Shown: positions 29,420 to 38,854, numbered from the stretch's first letter. The stretch: 64,000 nucleotides of DNA from a virus (IMGVR_UViG_3300033069_002010), one strand, 5' to 3'. The notes: generated from the sequence alone by a model not told the origin. Program-made: numbers and translations.

Positions 29420-30265
29420 ATGAAAACAAAATTTATATACGCCCTAAACGATCCCAACACCCATGAAGTGAAATATATCGGAAAAACAAATAACCTCAAA
29501 AAAAGACTACAGAGTCACCTGTCAAATAATCAGCTATCATCGGCAACAAGGAAAAACAATTGGATCATCTCTCTATTGAGGGATAATAAAATACCCATAA
29601 TCGAACTATTAGACGAAGTGCCTGAAAATGAAATAGACTTCTATGAGATATTCTACATATCATTATTCAGGTCATGGGGATTTAATCTATTAAATGGGAC
29701 AATTGGTGGAGATGGATTCGACTGGACAGGGAGAAAACACGATCCCATATCCAATTTAAAAAACAGAATAAACAGCCCCCATAGGAAATCGGTTGCCAAA
29801 TACGACATGAATGGAAATCTTCTCGATAAATATCATTCCTTGAGAGAGGCCGGTATAGAGAACAATATGGAAAAAGCCAACATATCCCGATGTTGTAGGA
29901 ACATACTTAAAACCTCAGGTGGTTTTAGATGGGAGTTCATAGAAAATATATCGGAACATGTATTCGAAACTCCAATCAATAGAGTTGAGAAAATTAAAAA
30001 ACCGAGACTCGATTCAAGACTGAAAAAAATTGATGTCTATAAGTTAGATGGGACGTTAATAGACACATGTGATAGTTTATCAAAAACTTCAGAAACACAC
30101 AATTGTCATTGGTCTCTAATAAAAAAATGCTGTGATAAAAAATCATTTCACCAGACAAAAAACCTAACATTCAGATTCATGGAGATGCTTTTGACTATAT
30201 CCCCCATAAAAATTATAGGAATGAAAAGACGTATAAAATTCAGATGTTCAAGGACGGAGACTTAG
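29420..30265 (+). CDS. GIY-YIG homing endonuclease with NUMOD1-like DNA-binding repeats; C-terminus frameshifted
   Basis: MKTKFIYALNDP...KYIGKT...R...H (GIY/YIG/Arg); two NUMOD1-like HTH units in frame; AAAATTGA lies immediately upstream. Confidence 0.75.
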   Translation: MKTKFIYALNDPNTHEVKYIGKTNNLKKRLQSHLSNNQLSSATRKNNWIISLLRDNKIPIIELLDEVPENEIDFYEIFYISLFRSWGFNLLNGTIGGDGFDWTGRKHDPISNLKNRINSPHRKSVAKYDMNGNLLDKYHSLREAGIENNMEKANISRCCRNILKTSGGFRWEFIENISEHVFETPINRVEKIKKPRLDSRLKKIDVYKLDGTLIDTCDSLSKTSETHNCHWSLIKKCCDKKSFHQTKNLTFRFMEMLLTISPIKIIGMKRRIKFRCSRTET

Positions 30266-30417
30266 TGATGGAATTTGATTCTCTAAAAGAAGCTGTTTCC
30301 TATACCAGGATAGGAAAACAATATATCTCGAAAAACATGAAAGAAAATATGAAAGAAAACTCAAATAAAATTTTAAAGGGATTTGTATTCAGATTCAAAA
30401 AAAACCCATTCGACTGA
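30139..30417 (+). pseudogene. out-of-frame third NUMOD1 module of the GIY-YIG endonuclease (-1 frame)
   Basis: The -1 frame reads ...KTYKIQMFKDGDLVMEFDSLKEAVSYTRIGKQYISKN...ILKGFVFRFKKNPFD*, a canonical NUMOD1 unit. The shift is probably at the C5/A5 homopolymers at 30201-30210. The frame ends at 30417, abutting the convergent gene that ends at 30419. Confidence 0.5.
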
Positions 30418-30418
30418 A

Positions 30419-30964
30419 TCACTCCAAAATCCTGTCTATCTTGCGTTCCCTTATAATGTGGACCACACTTTCGGGTTTGTATTTGGTCGGGTCGTCCCAT
30501 CTGATTTTTTTAACAGAAAGAACATCATTATTCAAACAAAGTGAAAGTGTTGATGCGTAAATAACCGAACTAGAATATCGGAAGGAAAGGTTGGATCCGG
30601 AATGATCAATCGACCGATACATAGGACATAAAAGTATGATACAGTTGTTGTTTACAGTGGAAGCATTGGACAAGGAACTCAAAATCATTCTCGAATGGGA
30701 TTGGTCACTTACGTTAATGACATTCTCCAAGTCGGACACAAACATCCGATTTTTCAGTTTCATCGTTCTCATGATACCAACATCACTGTCAGACAATCCA
30801 ATACTCTTACCGTTATCGGACACCACAACCCTTGTGAAAAGGGGCTTGTGATATTCCAAAATGGAAAGAATATCGAATCGATCACTGTTGGTGACATACC
30901 CGAAAGTCAAAATACCGTCACACTGGTTCACCCATTCGGGTATCATATTAAATATAGAATTCAT
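30419..30964 (-). CDS. hypothetical protein
   Basis: 181 aa. Confidence 0.4.
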   Translation of the reverse strand: MNSIFNMIPEWVNQCDGILTFGYVTNSDRFDILSILEYHKPLFTRVVVSDNGKSIGLSDSDVGIMRTMKLKNRMFVSDLENVINVSDQSHSRMILSSLSNASTVNNNCIILLCPMYRSIDHSGSNLSFRYSSSVIYASTLSLCLNNDVLSVKKIRWDDPTKYKPESVVHIIRERKIDRILE

Positions 30965-30974
30965 ATCGTTTATA

Positions 30975-31010
30975 TAAAAAAACCAACAGGATTTAAACCC
31001 TGTTGGGTTT
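30975..31010 (-). terminator. intrinsic terminator
   Basis: Stem CCAACAGG/CCTGTTGG with A7 on plus (T7 on minus), downstream of the SPFH gene. Confidence 0.55.
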
Positions 31011-31033
31011 AAATCAAACTAGACCGTGAAGTA

Positions 31034-32911
31034 TTACGATTTCTTGGCCGTTTTCTCAGTCTCCGTTTTTTCCTGAATGATTTCAGGGACCTGTCCCTTC
31101 ATCATCTGCATCAGTTGGAGACCCATAAGTCCATCAAGAGAACCTCCACCGTTAGCCCCTCCCCCGATAAGGACATCAGGAATGACCTTAATCTTGTTGG
31201 CTCCGATCGATTCAGTAACCTTGAACTTGGTGAAGTTGTCCTCACCCATAGCCTCAACAGCCAACCTATAAGCCTCGGCCTCTGACTTACCAATCGCGAG
31301 CTTCTTAGAAGCTTCCGCATTACCAGTAACAGTGATTCGTTCAGCTTCAGCATTTGCTGACAGTTTTGTCGCCTTGGCTTTCGCTTCAGCGTCTAGTTCC
31401 ACAGCCTTAGCCCGACCTTCAGCTGCCTTTACTTCAGCCGCCGCGTTACGTTCGGCTATGTTCACCGACTGTTCAGACTTAACCACTTCCTTCTGCATGT
31501 CGGCTATCGCATTTGCTTTCTCAAACTCCTGACGTTTCGCCTGAGCCATACGCTGGGTATCATATGTGACCTGCTGCTCTTCCGCAATCTTACGGTCGGT
31601 AAGGGTCTTCATCAGACTTTCAGGTGGGGTGATGTCACCAATCAGGGTATCCACCGCATGTACGTTATACTCATCCAACACCATTGAAATATGTGATTTT
31701 GCCGATTCCTGACGCTCCTTACGGGTACTGAGGAACGCGATTACGTCACTGTCCTGGGCCGAGTTACGGAAATAGTTTCCGATTGTAGGTTCCAAAACCT
31801 GACTCACCAGGTTCTTCATGTTACCGAAACGAGCGATAACCTTAGGGGCCTCTGTCGATGGTACGTGAATAATCTGTGAAACATCAAGGTTAAATGGAAA
31901 ACCGTCCTTGGAACGAACCGTGATTGTACACAGTTTCTCATCAAGATTATGAGCCTCTGAACGAGCATTTGCCCAGTTCAATACAAGATTGGTTGTTGGA
32001 ACCAGTTCTACTCGCATCGTATGCGTATTTATAGGATACTTACCCGGACCGAGTGGTTCATTCCAAACACCCTTCTGTCCCTTAGAAACGATGTTTCCGT
32101 GTTTGAAGTCTGTACCAGTTACATCAACCCCGTCATCACCAACATATGATACAACCACACCAACATGTCCGATAGGGATTTCGGTCATTTTTACCTCTTC
32201 AACAATGACCGCCCAAGGGTTAATGTTGTAAGTACCCGCTAGGATGACTTCCTGTTGGAGACCCCTCTGACCCCCATTCTGAAGAAATGAGTCAAAGTCC
32301 TGGAACTTGTTATGATTTGGTACAATATCAGCCGCAATCTGACCCTCCTTGAGGGGAGCTCCATCAAGCGTAGTGACTACACCAACCGCATTATCATTGA
32401 CGGTTGTCTGGTCCGTGATTGAGATATCAAAAAGATGACGGTTGATACGGTAGGAACCTGCTACGAGAATAAGAGCCTGACGTCCTTTAGATCCCCCATT
32501 GGTAAGAAATTTCTCAGCATCCTGAAAAGAGTCGCAATCTACTCTCTTTCCGAGGATCTGACCATTTGACGGAACAACCCCATCCTTGGCTGATATAAGA
32601 CCGATTTTACCCTGAGGAATGACAGTAAAGTCAACTAAATTAATCTCGAACTGCCATGGCCAATATCCAAAATAAAGACCAGGTGCTAGAGTACTGGCCT
32701 GGAAACCAGCTTCACCTTTGGTGGCGATAATTCGCCCATCTGGAAGTGACTTATCCTTACCAAAAAGGACGAATTTTTTGGTAATGAGACCGATTTTCGA
32801 TTCGGGAACGATGACTACACCAAACAGACGGAATACCCATTTATACATTACAAGTGTAAGAACTACAGGAATAATCCACCAGTTGTGGAGAAAGAAATTG
32901 AAAAATGACAT
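31034..32911 (-). CDS. SPFH/band-7 (flotillin/YqiK-like) membrane protein
   Basis: N-terminal TM, SPFH core, and a long Ala/Glu/Lys-rich coiled-coil (EAERITVTGNAEASKKLAIGKSEAEAYRLAVEAMG) typical of the flotillin tail. Confidence 0.8.
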   Translation of the reverse strand: MSFFNFFLHNWWIIPVVLTLVMYKWVFRLFGVVIVPESKIGLITKKFVLFGKDKSLPDGRIIATKGEAGFQASTLAPGLYFGYWPWQFEINLVDFTVIPQGKIGLISAKDGVVPSNGQILGKRVDCDSFQDAEKFLTNGGSKGRQALILVAGSYRINRHLFDISITDQTTVNDNAVGVVTTLDGAPLKEGQIAADIVPNHNKFQDFDSFLQNGGQRGLQQEVILAGTYNINPWAVIVEEVKMTEIPIGHVGVVVSYVGDDGVDVTGTDFKHGNIVSKGQKGVWNEPLGPGKYPINTHTMRVELVPTTNLVLNWANARSEAHNLDEKLCTITVRSKDGFPFNLDVSQIIHVPSTEAPKVIARFGNMKNLVSQVLEPTIGNYFRNSAQDSDVIAFLSTRKERQESAKSHISMVLDEYNVHAVDTLIGDITPPESLMKTLTDRKIAEEQQVTYDTQRMAQAKRQEFEKANAIADMQKEVVKSEQSVNIAERNAAAEVKAAEGRAKAVELDAEAKAKATKLSANAEAERITVTGNAEASKKLAIGKSEAEAYRLAVEAMGEDNFTKFKVTESIGANKIKVIPDVLIGGGANGGGSLDGLMGLQLMQMMKGQVPEIIQEKTETEKTAKKS

Positions 32912-33032
32912 AAAAATGATTTGATGATTTCCTACTCTTTGATGGGATTTTCGGATTACTCCCTGTTATTTTGGCGCCAATAACCTTACAAAGGTAAATT
33001 TTTTATCTTAATAAAACAAAAAACAATAAAAA

Positions 33033-33416
33033 TTAAACCACACCTCTTTTCCTAAGATGTCGAAGACATGGTTCAATAAAAAAATCAGCATATTGTTCAG
33101 CCTCTATCTCATATGGATGATACTTATAAAGATGTATTTCTGATAGACGGTGGTATTTGTCAACATCTTTTTTCCTAGGCATCTGGAGAAAATGTGTGTA
33201 TTCATGAATGATTGTACCAATGATATCCTTACGATGACGACAGGTATTCAGGAATAAAGTAATCTCCTTATTCTCATATTCCCCAAATCTCTGTTTATAC
33301 CTCTTGTCAGTATTTATTTTAAGTTTTGGATACCTCTTTATTGGTGTCCCCAAATGATGACAACACCAGTTGAAGGTTTCCTCTGCTATAAGAGCAGACT
33401 TTTCGTTATATTTCAT
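33033..33416 (-). CDS. SprT-like putative zinc metallopeptidase
   Basis: EITLFLNT...IIGTIIHEYTHF has an HExxH motif in an SprT-like context; 127 aa. Confidence 0.4.
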   Translation of the reverse strand: MKYNEKSALIAEETFNWCCHHLGTPIKRYPKLKINTDKRYKQRFGEYENKEITLFLNTCRHRKDIIGTIIHEYTHFLQMPRKKDVDKYHRLSEIHLYKYHPYEIEAEQYADFFIEPCLRHLRKRGVV

Positions 33417-33462
33417 ACCACAAAGATACGACTTTTTTCCGAAATTACCAAATATTCTTTCA

Positions 33463-33681
33463 CTATGAAAGTATCTGATTTATCAGATCGTGCCTTTTTT
33501 CGTTAATCAAACTAGACTTGTATTGACTCAAAGGAATTAAATCCTCTTCATTGAAGGACTGCTCATGATATTTTTCAGTTACCCAACCACAGTCATAACC
33601 ACCATTAGAATTGGTAGAAATTACCTTCATCTTATTTCCACCCGTTGACTTGATAACAAGATCACCTGGATTGAACTTCAT
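33463..33681 (-). CDS. YodC/DUF2158-like small protein
   Basis: MKFNPGDLVIKSTGGNKMKV...CGW matches the PGDxVxxKSGGPxMTV signature. Confidence 0.45.
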   Translation of the reverse strand: MKFNPGDLVIKSTGGNKMKVISTNSNGGYDCGWVTEKYHEQSFNEEDLIPLSQYKSSLINEKRHDLINQILS

Positions 33682-33719
33682 AAATAAGAAATCATTTTCC
33701 CTATTTATAAAAATGTAGA

Positions 33720-33971
33720 CTATTCCTCAAATAAATTTTTAATAATCTCATCCCTTACAAATTGTATTGGAACAAGATATGTACGATTAACCTTTACCAG
33801 GTTAGAATCGGTTTCAAGTATTAAATCGTTTCCTACCATGCTTTTGACCAAATAGGCAACTCCATCCTTCAGTATTTTAGGGTGACCGTTCTTCTTCCTC
33901 CTAAAGACAACAACCCTATCCCCGATTTCAAAACTGACATTATCCTTGTTCCATATCCTTGTTTTTTCCAT
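33720..33971 (-). CDS. hypothetical protein
   Basis: 83 aa. Confidence 0.35.
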   Translation of the reverse strand: MEKTRIWNKDNVSFEIGDRVVVFRRKKNGHPKILKDGVAYLVKSMVGNDLILETDSNLVKVNRTYLVPIQFVRDEIIKNLFEE

Positions 33972-34785
33972 AGTTCATGATAAGCAGTTCCACACCCTTG
34001 GTCTGTTCCTGGCCAGACTTAGCCATAGCGGCCTTGGCGAAGGCTTTTGATTCCCATCGATATTCATTTTTCGGAAACCACTCCGATAATTCGGGAAAAT
34101 CATAGTAACTGAGAGAAAACCTTCCAGACATTGATTTCAGACAGTCCGCTAGTCTCAGATGTGTATCTATCCCAAACTCATGATTAGCGTAATAGTCTTC
34201 TGTTTTATGATATGGTGGGTCACAGTAAAAATAGGTCTTAGGGGAATCATATTTTTTGACGACATCCTCAAAATCCATATTCTCAACCACATCAATTTTG
34301 GAAAAATAGGCCTGCCATTTCGGATTCCTGAGCTTATCCTTGAATGTGTCGAATTTCGACTTATATTTTCCCCTCAAATCGATGAAACTTCCCCTTTGGG
34401 GATTTGTCCCACTCCAAACCTGGGTAAGGATGTAAGCGTATTTGTACGCTGTCTCATAATCAGGGTTAGTAAGATCGACCTTGAAATCCGGATGGAAAAT
34501 TTCCTGTTGGAAACTTTCAAAAAGTTTCGGATCCTGTGAAGGTATCTGGTCAATAATCAGGGAGAACTTACTATAGTTCCGGATACAGTTGAACAGATTG
34601 ACGTTCAGAGGATTGAAATCGTTATAGACCACCTTTTTCAGGTTGGGATAATTGGTCAGTTCAAGATTGAAAAAAACCCAAAACATACCCGAAAACGACT
34701 CGACATATATCTCTATGTCGTTCGGTATATAATTGCGGATCCATTTCCCAATTTTACTTTTACCACCAATGTAACTTAAAGCCAT
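33940..34785 (-). CDS. DNA N6-adenine methyltransferase (second Dam-family paralogue)
   Basis: N-terminal SYIGGKSK, motif I VESFSGMFWVF, motif IV YCDPPYHKT. Confidence 0.75.
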   Translation of the reverse strand: MALSYIGGKSKIGKWIRNYIPNDIEIYVESFSGMFWVFFNLELTNYPNLKKVVYNDFNPLNVNLFNCIRNYSKFSLIIDQIPSQDPKLFESFQQEIFHPDFKVDLTNPDYETAYKYAYILTQVWSGTNPQRGSFIDLRGKYKSKFDTFKDKLRNPKWQAYFSKIDVVENMDFEDVVKKYDSPKTYFYCDPPYHKTEDYYANHEFGIDTHLRLADCLKSMSGRFSLSYYDFPELSEWFPKNEYRWESKAFAKAAMAKSGQEQTKGVELLIMNYGKNKDMEQG

Positions 34786-34935
34786 TTCAAAATTATATTT
34801 TTTATCCTATTCGGGAAGCCGAAACAGGGTTTCTAGATGAGAAGGTTCCCCTACATCCATATTTTCTTGTCCTACAGGACGATAGAATAGTTACCAAAAG
34901 TAATAGAATGATCTTGTTTTTCATTATTTTCATTT

Positions 34936-35136
34936 TTAGCACCCAACACCTGGTATCCTCATATCTTCCTCACTCAGTGGACTCGAACCCACCCTATTTA
35001 GGAAATCAGTAAGAATACTCATCTCATTTTTATCTAGGGTTATATTCAGAGTTGTATGGGAAAGTTGGTGACATATCTCAAGTCGGTCGATTTCCTTTCT
35101 AAAAGTCAGGTTTTTTAGTTTAATTTGATTCTTCAT
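34936..35136 (-). CDS. small hypothetical protein
   Basis: 66 aa. Confidence 0.3.
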   Translation of the reverse strand: MKNQIKLKNLTFRKEIDRLEICHQLSHTTLNITLDKNEMSILTDFLNRVGSSPLSEEDMRIPGVGC

Positions 35137-35725
35137 TCTTCAGTTGATTTATTCTATCTCTCAATTGAGAAGCGATTTCATACTCCTCGTTTTCCAAAGC
35201 CTTTTCCAACATATTCTGTAGACTCTCCACCGTGACTACATGAGTGTAATCCCTATCCCGATGATTGTTTTTATATTGTTCATCACTGATTGTACCATCA
35301 TCTTCCATCTCAAACCCGTGAAGTTTGATTATTTCTCGATTACAATAGATCGGACACCCATAAAGTAACGATAATGAAATCGCATCCCCAATACCACAAT
35401 CTATCTCAAACTGATCAATCATATTTGAAAGTATGACTTTACAGTAGAATATACCTTCCATGATATTGATGATGTTGACTTCCTGTATATCCGCACCCAA
35501 AGCATCAGTAACACTTTTAACAATATCATGGTACAATGGCATCTTGGGAACTAATCCCTGGAGTTTCATTTCTATATAAAGGGCATCAGATGATTTTATG
35601 ATGACAGGTAGTTTGTTCTTGCCCTCCATCTCACCTAGGACAACAACAAACGATCCCATTTGGGATTGCCCATAAGAAAGTCCTATAACCCTAAGCTCTG
35701 TTTTTTTCATATTGTTTATACTCAT
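35120..35725 (-). CDS. bifunctional nuclease (DUF151/BFN) with C-terminal UVR domain
   Basis: RVIGLSYGQS...VVVLGE...LPVIIKSSDA...IFYCKV matches the BFN fold signature; the C-terminal EYEIASQLRDRINQLKNE is UVR-like. Confidence 0.5.
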   Translation of the reverse strand: MSINNMKKTELRVIGLSYGQSQMGSFVVVLGEMEGKNKLPVIIKSSDALYIEMKLQGLVPKMPLYHDIVKSVTDALGADIQEVNIINIMEGIFYCKVILSNMIDQFEIDCGIGDAISLSLLYGCPIYCNREIIKLHGFEMEDDGTISDEQYKNNHRDRDYTHVVTVESLQNMLEKALENEEYEIASQLRDRINQLKNEESN

Positions 35726-35765
35726 TTTTGTGAATAAGTTGCTTTTATAAAAATAAATAAAATAT

Positions 35766-36419
35766 TTAATCCTGCAAAAGCAGATCTGCAGCCGACGTAG
35801 CAGCCGTTGCCATCGGTTTACTCCAAACCCTATAACCCATCCCCCTTAACCAGGGAACGTAAGTCTTATAGGACAAATTTGATCGGTTCTTAGCAAATCC
35901 CTTACCATCTACCTTTCCCTCAACTGGGTTGAAATCTAAGTGAAGATCAATAAGCTTGTAATCAAAAGACTTCTCATGATCACTAAGAGATATGTTTTCA
36001 ATAACCACATCTTCAGTATGGTAAACATGAGAGTATTTACCACTACACTTATCAAGATGGAACTTATATCTTTTCCTCTCTGAAATAGTCAGATCCTTAC
36101 GGACATAGTGTCCCCTGAGTTCACTATCAAGGAACTCCCCAATCTCTTGAACATACTGTGCCTCCTTGTGAAGCCTTTCGAAGTTGTCACGGATCTTAGT
36201 CACGTTCTCCCTGAAAAAGACAACGTGAGCACCATTTTTGAGATCGGTATTGTACATCATAAGGGTGATCGCGTAAACGGTCTTCCTGCGTCTCTGTATT
36301 GAGTCACATCCAAGTGATATTGTCACATAAGGATCCTTTTCGACATAATCTTTGATGTATTCGACTATATCTGGAATGAAATCCCCACCGAATTTCTTGA
36401 ATCTTTTTCTTACATCCAT
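35766..36419 (-). CDS. hypothetical protein
   Basis: 217 aa. Confidence 0.4.
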   Translation of the reverse strand: MDVRKRFKKFGGDFIPDIVEYIKDYVEKDPYVTISLGCDSIQRRRKTVYAITLMMYNTDLKNGAHVVFFRENVTKIRDNFERLHKEAQYVQEIGEFLDSELRGHYVRKDLTISERKRYKFHLDKCSGKYSHVYHTEDVVIENISLSDHEKSFDYKLIDLHLDFNPVEGKVDGKGFAKNRSNLSYKTYVPWLRGMGYRVWSKPMATAATSAADLLLQD

Positions 36420-36430
36420 TTCATTGAATT

Positions 36431-36646
36431 TTATTTGTTGTCCATTACCTGGACAGTCAGAATTGAGTTCCTAACCACGTCAGGGGGAACCACCATGAAT
36501 CCGTTCGGGAGGTGCATCTCATATCCACCGTCGACGTAGAACCCCTTTGACATTTCGATAATGTCCTTATACTGATCAGGAGTGACCGTCATCGGCTCAG
36601 AGACATACGCCCCGATTCTGTTTTCGAGTTTAAATGTTATTGTCAT
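36431..36646 (-). CDS. small hypothetical protein
   Basis: 71 aa. Confidence 0.3.
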   Translation of the reverse strand: MTITFKLENRIGAYVSEPMTVTPDQYKDIIEMSKGFYVDGGYEMHLPNGFMVVPPDVVRNSILTVQVMDNK

Positions 36647-36697
36647 AATATATGATAAAAAGTGAAACCCCTTTTTGAGAGGGGTTTCAAATCCACG

Positions 36698-37861
36698 TTA
36701 TTTGGAACCAGTAGGTCGGTTGATACGTTTGATGTTTACGAGAACATCTTTGAACGATACCATGAACTTCTTAATCTTCGGGTCGGATACGTCAGGGACG
36801 TTGTCCAACACATGGAGAAGATAAGCGGTGAGTTCGTCATCACCGACCTTTTTCAGGAACTTGGTCACGTTGTCAAGCTGCTTTTCGGAAAGCTTCTTGA
36901 TATCGAACTCCTTGAGGGAGTTGATAAGTTCCGAGTTCTTGTCTCGGTTGTACTTCTCCAGTTCCTTTTCAACCTTATCGAAACGATCGATAATGTCGTG
37001 GATGGTGATGTTAATCATTTCCTGACAGTATTGTAGGAAACGTTGTGCTCCGTTACCAACGTAACCGTGGGCAACTTCCTGAAGATACGGGAGGAACTCA
37101 CGTGGGGAAGCATCCTTACCGAAATTCTTCACAATAAACTGTGACAACATAGTCCATGAACGCGGTGTGGCGTATGCCCTAGTGTTCTCAGTCGCTGGTT
37201 GATAAAGCTTTTCAGGGTAAGCTTTAATGTAGGATACGATTGTCGAGTGACAGTTATCCTTGGCGAAGTTGTCAATCCATTCAGTCGCACCGAGTGTGTG
37301 GTTGAAGTGGATAAGACGGTTGTTAAGAGCCGAGTCGAATTCCTCGACGTCGGTTCCGTCCTCATCACCCAAGTTACCAGATGCCATCATAAGGACGGTA
37401 TCGTTGAACTTGAACTTGGTTCCAATCTGACGCTCCAAAAGGATTTGGAGAGCCGCGTTACGAACAGCAAGGGAAGCACGGTTAAGTTCCTCAAAGTGGA
37501 TTACGGTCGGACGTTCGTTCGCTTCAACAGCCCAACGAGGAACTACGTGGTCGAGACATTCTTCACCATTGAATGTTGCAACCCTTGGATAAAGACCAAC
37601 GTCGGTTTCATCAACCATCGAAAGACGGACGTCCTTATAAACAAACCCCATCTTGTCGGCGATGGATTTGGCGATGGCCGATTTGGCGATACCGGGTTTG
37701 GAGGTGATGTACATAACACCGTACTTCGGCCACATGGTCATGAAATACCTGCGTTCGCGGTCGGTAAGTTGTGACATACGCTCCCTGAGCTCTTTGGGCA
37801 TCGTCGAGAAGTCGGTCACGTGGGATAAATCAATCAGATTTGTCATATTTTCTTTACTCAT
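36698..37861 (-). CDS. MoxR-like AAA+ ATPase
   Basis: MYITSKPGIAKSAIAKSIA (Walker A variant) ... TVIHFEELNRASLAVRNAALQILLERQ (MoxR sensor/arginine region). Confidence 0.8.
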   Translation of the reverse strand: MSKENMTNLIDLSHVTDFSTMPKELRERMSQLTDRERRYFMTMWPKYGVMYITSKPGIAKSAIAKSIADKMGFVYKDVRLSMVDETDVGLYPRVATFNGEECLDHVVPRWAVEANERPTVIHFEELNRASLAVRNAALQILLERQIGTKFKFNDTVLMMASGNLGDEDGTDVEEFDSALNNRLIHFNHTLGATEWIDNFAKDNCHSTIVSYIKAYPEKLYQPATENTRAYATPRSWTMLSQFIVKNFGKDASPREFLPYLQEVAHGYVGNGAQRFLQYCQEMINITIHDIIDRFDKVEKELEKYNRDKNSELINSLKEFDIKKLSEKQLDNVTKFLKKVGDDELTAYLLHVLDNVPDVSDPKIKKFMVSFKDVLVNIKRINRPTGSK

Positions 37862-37921
37862 GTTTTTTTGTTTCTACAAAGATAAGATAAAAATTCTATT
37901 ATCAAAATTATTTTTGAAAAT

Positions 37922-38206
37922 TTATTCAGTGACCGTTTCGGGATACCAACCAGGTGTGTACAGTAAGGGATCGAGACGATTCAATTCCCTTATCTCTAGG
38001 AGCTCCTTTGAATATTTCCACATTGTTGGTTTCCATTCTGGAGAACCAAGCTTTAGTTTTGGGGTATCGAGGACACTGACAAGAATAACTTTTTTCTCGA
38101 AGTCCGATGTGGCAGATTCCATCATCTGTTCAAATGATTCAGGGGTCATGTCGACCGTTCTGGTCAGGTATTTGTCGTAGATTTTATCGTAAAATTCTTT
38201 ATTCAT
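37922..38206 (-). CDS. hypothetical protein
   Basis: 94 aa. Confidence 0.35.
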   Translation of the reverse strand: MNKEFYDKIYDKYLTRTVDMTPESFEQMMESATSDFEKKVILVSVLDTPKLKLGSPEWKPTMWKYSKELLEIRELNRLDPLLYTPGWYPETVTE

Positions 38207-38233
38207 ATAAAATATTTTGAAATTTAAATTGTA

Positions 38234-38854
38234 TTATCCTTTGATAACCTCAACGTTTTTAAGGGAAACCACTGGTTTTACAACCTCCATCATCTTACTG
38301 ACGTGACCGAAATCCTTCAGACGGTCGATAGTACCCTTTGCGATTGTGAATGACTGAACAGCCTTGATGATCTGACCCTTGTCACCATCCTCGATTTCAT
38401 CACATTCCTCGATCAGACGGGAGATAACCTCACCGTATTTCTCAATCATGTCGTTGTCGAAAGAGAAAGTAGTCTTTTCCTCAACGATTTCCTGACCAAA
38501 ATCCTCAATAAGAGACTCCGCACGATCAGCATTGATTGTAATATACCGATCTGTAGGAATGAACATAGTCTGTGCCACATCAAGACCCTTTTTGGCCTCA
38601 ACCATAACCGAACCTGGATTGCGACCTGTCTTTTCATAGAGTTCAACCCACTTCTGTTTTGCGGTCTCCTTAATCTCATCAGAAAGGATATCGGCCTTAG
38701 CCTTGTCACGCTTCATATTGTCATTGAGAACCTCAAGCTTTTGAATTTTATCGAAAAACTCACCATCCTTAACGGTCAGACGGATTTTCTGATCCTTTGG
38801 ATTTGTAGCCTTGGTTGCTGCGGTTGATTTTGCCTTACTGAAGAGATTAGCCAT
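38234..38854 (-). CDS. hypothetical protein
   Basis: 206 aa. Confidence 0.45.
   Translation of the reverse strand: MANLFSKAKSTAATKATNPKDQKIRLTVKDGEFFDKIQKLEVLNDNMKRDKAKADILSDEIKETAKQKWVELYEKTGRNPGSVMVEAKKGLDVAQTMFIPTDRYITINADRAESLIEDFGQEIVEEKTTFSFDNDMIEKYGEVISRLIEECDEIEDGDKGQIIKAVQSFTIAKGTIDRLKDFGHVSKMMEVVKPVVSLKNVEVIKG

Noticed and set aside
29368-29499. N-terminal hydrophobic extensions of GluRS (44 aa), CCA enzyme (26 aa) and the 57571 gene
   Set aside because: These extensions are non-homologous, overlap divergent promoters or neighbouring genes, and conserved family N-termini begin at internal Mets.
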